Assembly (NCBI GenBank): GCA_028534125.1
Contig: CM052816.1
Location: forward strand, 59,770,001-59,834,000
Source of the DNA: Lama glama
Lineage: Eukaryota
Direction: 5' to 3'
DNA length: 64,000 nucleotides
In this document: in pieces, positions 63,315 through 64,000 of the stretch
How positions within the stretch are numbered: position 1 is the first letter of the stretch
Layout: the number at the start of each line of letters is the position of its first letter
Notes under the pieces: model-generated
Told to the model about the DNA's origin: nothing
The model's input: only the letters and a program-made list of their open reading frames with translations
The model's database searches: none
Program-made: the position numbers and the translations under genes

Positions 63315-64000
63315 GTGACCTGTTTTTATTCACAACACTTTTAACACCAAACAAGGGGTTTTGTGTGTGTGTGTGTGTTTCCCCTCAGAGCAACCAATTC
63401 TATATCCAGACACCAACTGTGTGTCCAAAAATTCAATTCACTTCTGATATTTACTACCCAGAGTTAGCACAGCCCTCACAGGTTAAGGGCTCAGACTCAC
63501 AAGATACCCCACCCCAACCCCAGATGCCTGCCATAAGTCCCAGGACTTCCATTCTTCTGTCTGAATGACTCTGAGTTGGGATCTCCCATGACCCATTTCC
63601 TCATGTTTGATAATTCGCTAGAACAGCTCATAGAACTCTGGAATACATAACTTACATTTACTGGCTTACTATAAAGGGTACAACTCAGGAACAGGAAAAT
63701 GGAGGAGATTTGTAGGGCAAGGCATTAGGGTAGGGATGAAGGCCTTCTATGCCCTTTCCAAATGTGCTAACCTTCAGCACATTAATGTATTCACTAACTG
63801 GAAGCTCCCTGAATCTCATCATTTATGGGTTTTTAATGAGGTTCCCTTACCTAGACACAATTGATTAAATTATTGGCTACTGGTGATTACCTCAATCACC
63901 AGCTCTCCTTTCTCCTCCCTGTAGATTGAAGAGTGAGGCTAAAACTTCCAAACTTCAACTGAAAATTAAAAGCTTGGTCTTTTTGGCAACCAGCTCCCAT
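63315..64000 (-). mobile_element. MER21-type ERVL LTR (runs off window end)
   Basis: gacaccaactgtgtgtccaaaaattcaattc, cacaggttaagggctcag, tttgataattcgctagaacagctcatagaactc, ttgattaaattattggctactggtgat and ttggtctttttggcaaccagc. Confidence 0.85.

Noticed and set aside
1..64000. CRISPR arrays, tRNA/rRNA genes, operons or a novel multi-gene system
   Set aside because: The sequence is mammalian intergenic DNA. I saw no regularly spaced repeats, structured RNA genes or intact long ORFs.

Overview
Mammalian intergenic (gene-desert-like) DNA: AT-rich, CpG-depleted and dense in old eutherian repeats (L2, MIR, L1M, MLT1, LTR16/ERVL, MER5, MER58, MER21). Younger L1 3' ends and ERV1-type LTRs look cetartiodactyl. 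I saw no ruminant, suid or cetacean SINEs, so a camelid is my best guess. I found no intact protein-coding gene, RNA gene, CRISPR array or prokaryotic feature. The one gene-derived element is a ~4.5 kb, near full-length, heavily decayed processed pseudogene of BCL9 (Wnt/beta-catenin co-activator) on the minus strand at ~40741-45275. It has a poly(A) signal and tail remnant, an ATG->GTG start, stops or deletions in each homology block I could align, and it splits an old L2. Other structure: a half ERVL provirus (LTR16 + PBS + gag/pro/RT/RNaseH remnants, 17629-20630), three independent 5'-inverted (twin-primed) L1 insertions and several nested insertions. A solo MLT1A LTR with an intact TATA box and a mutated poly(A) signal points antisense into the retrocopy. 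I found no clearly novel biological system; the best leads concern the origin and possible antisense transcription of the BCL9 retrocopy. Repeat subfamily names and BCL9 alignments come from recalled consensus sequences, not database searches, and repeat boundaries are approximate.
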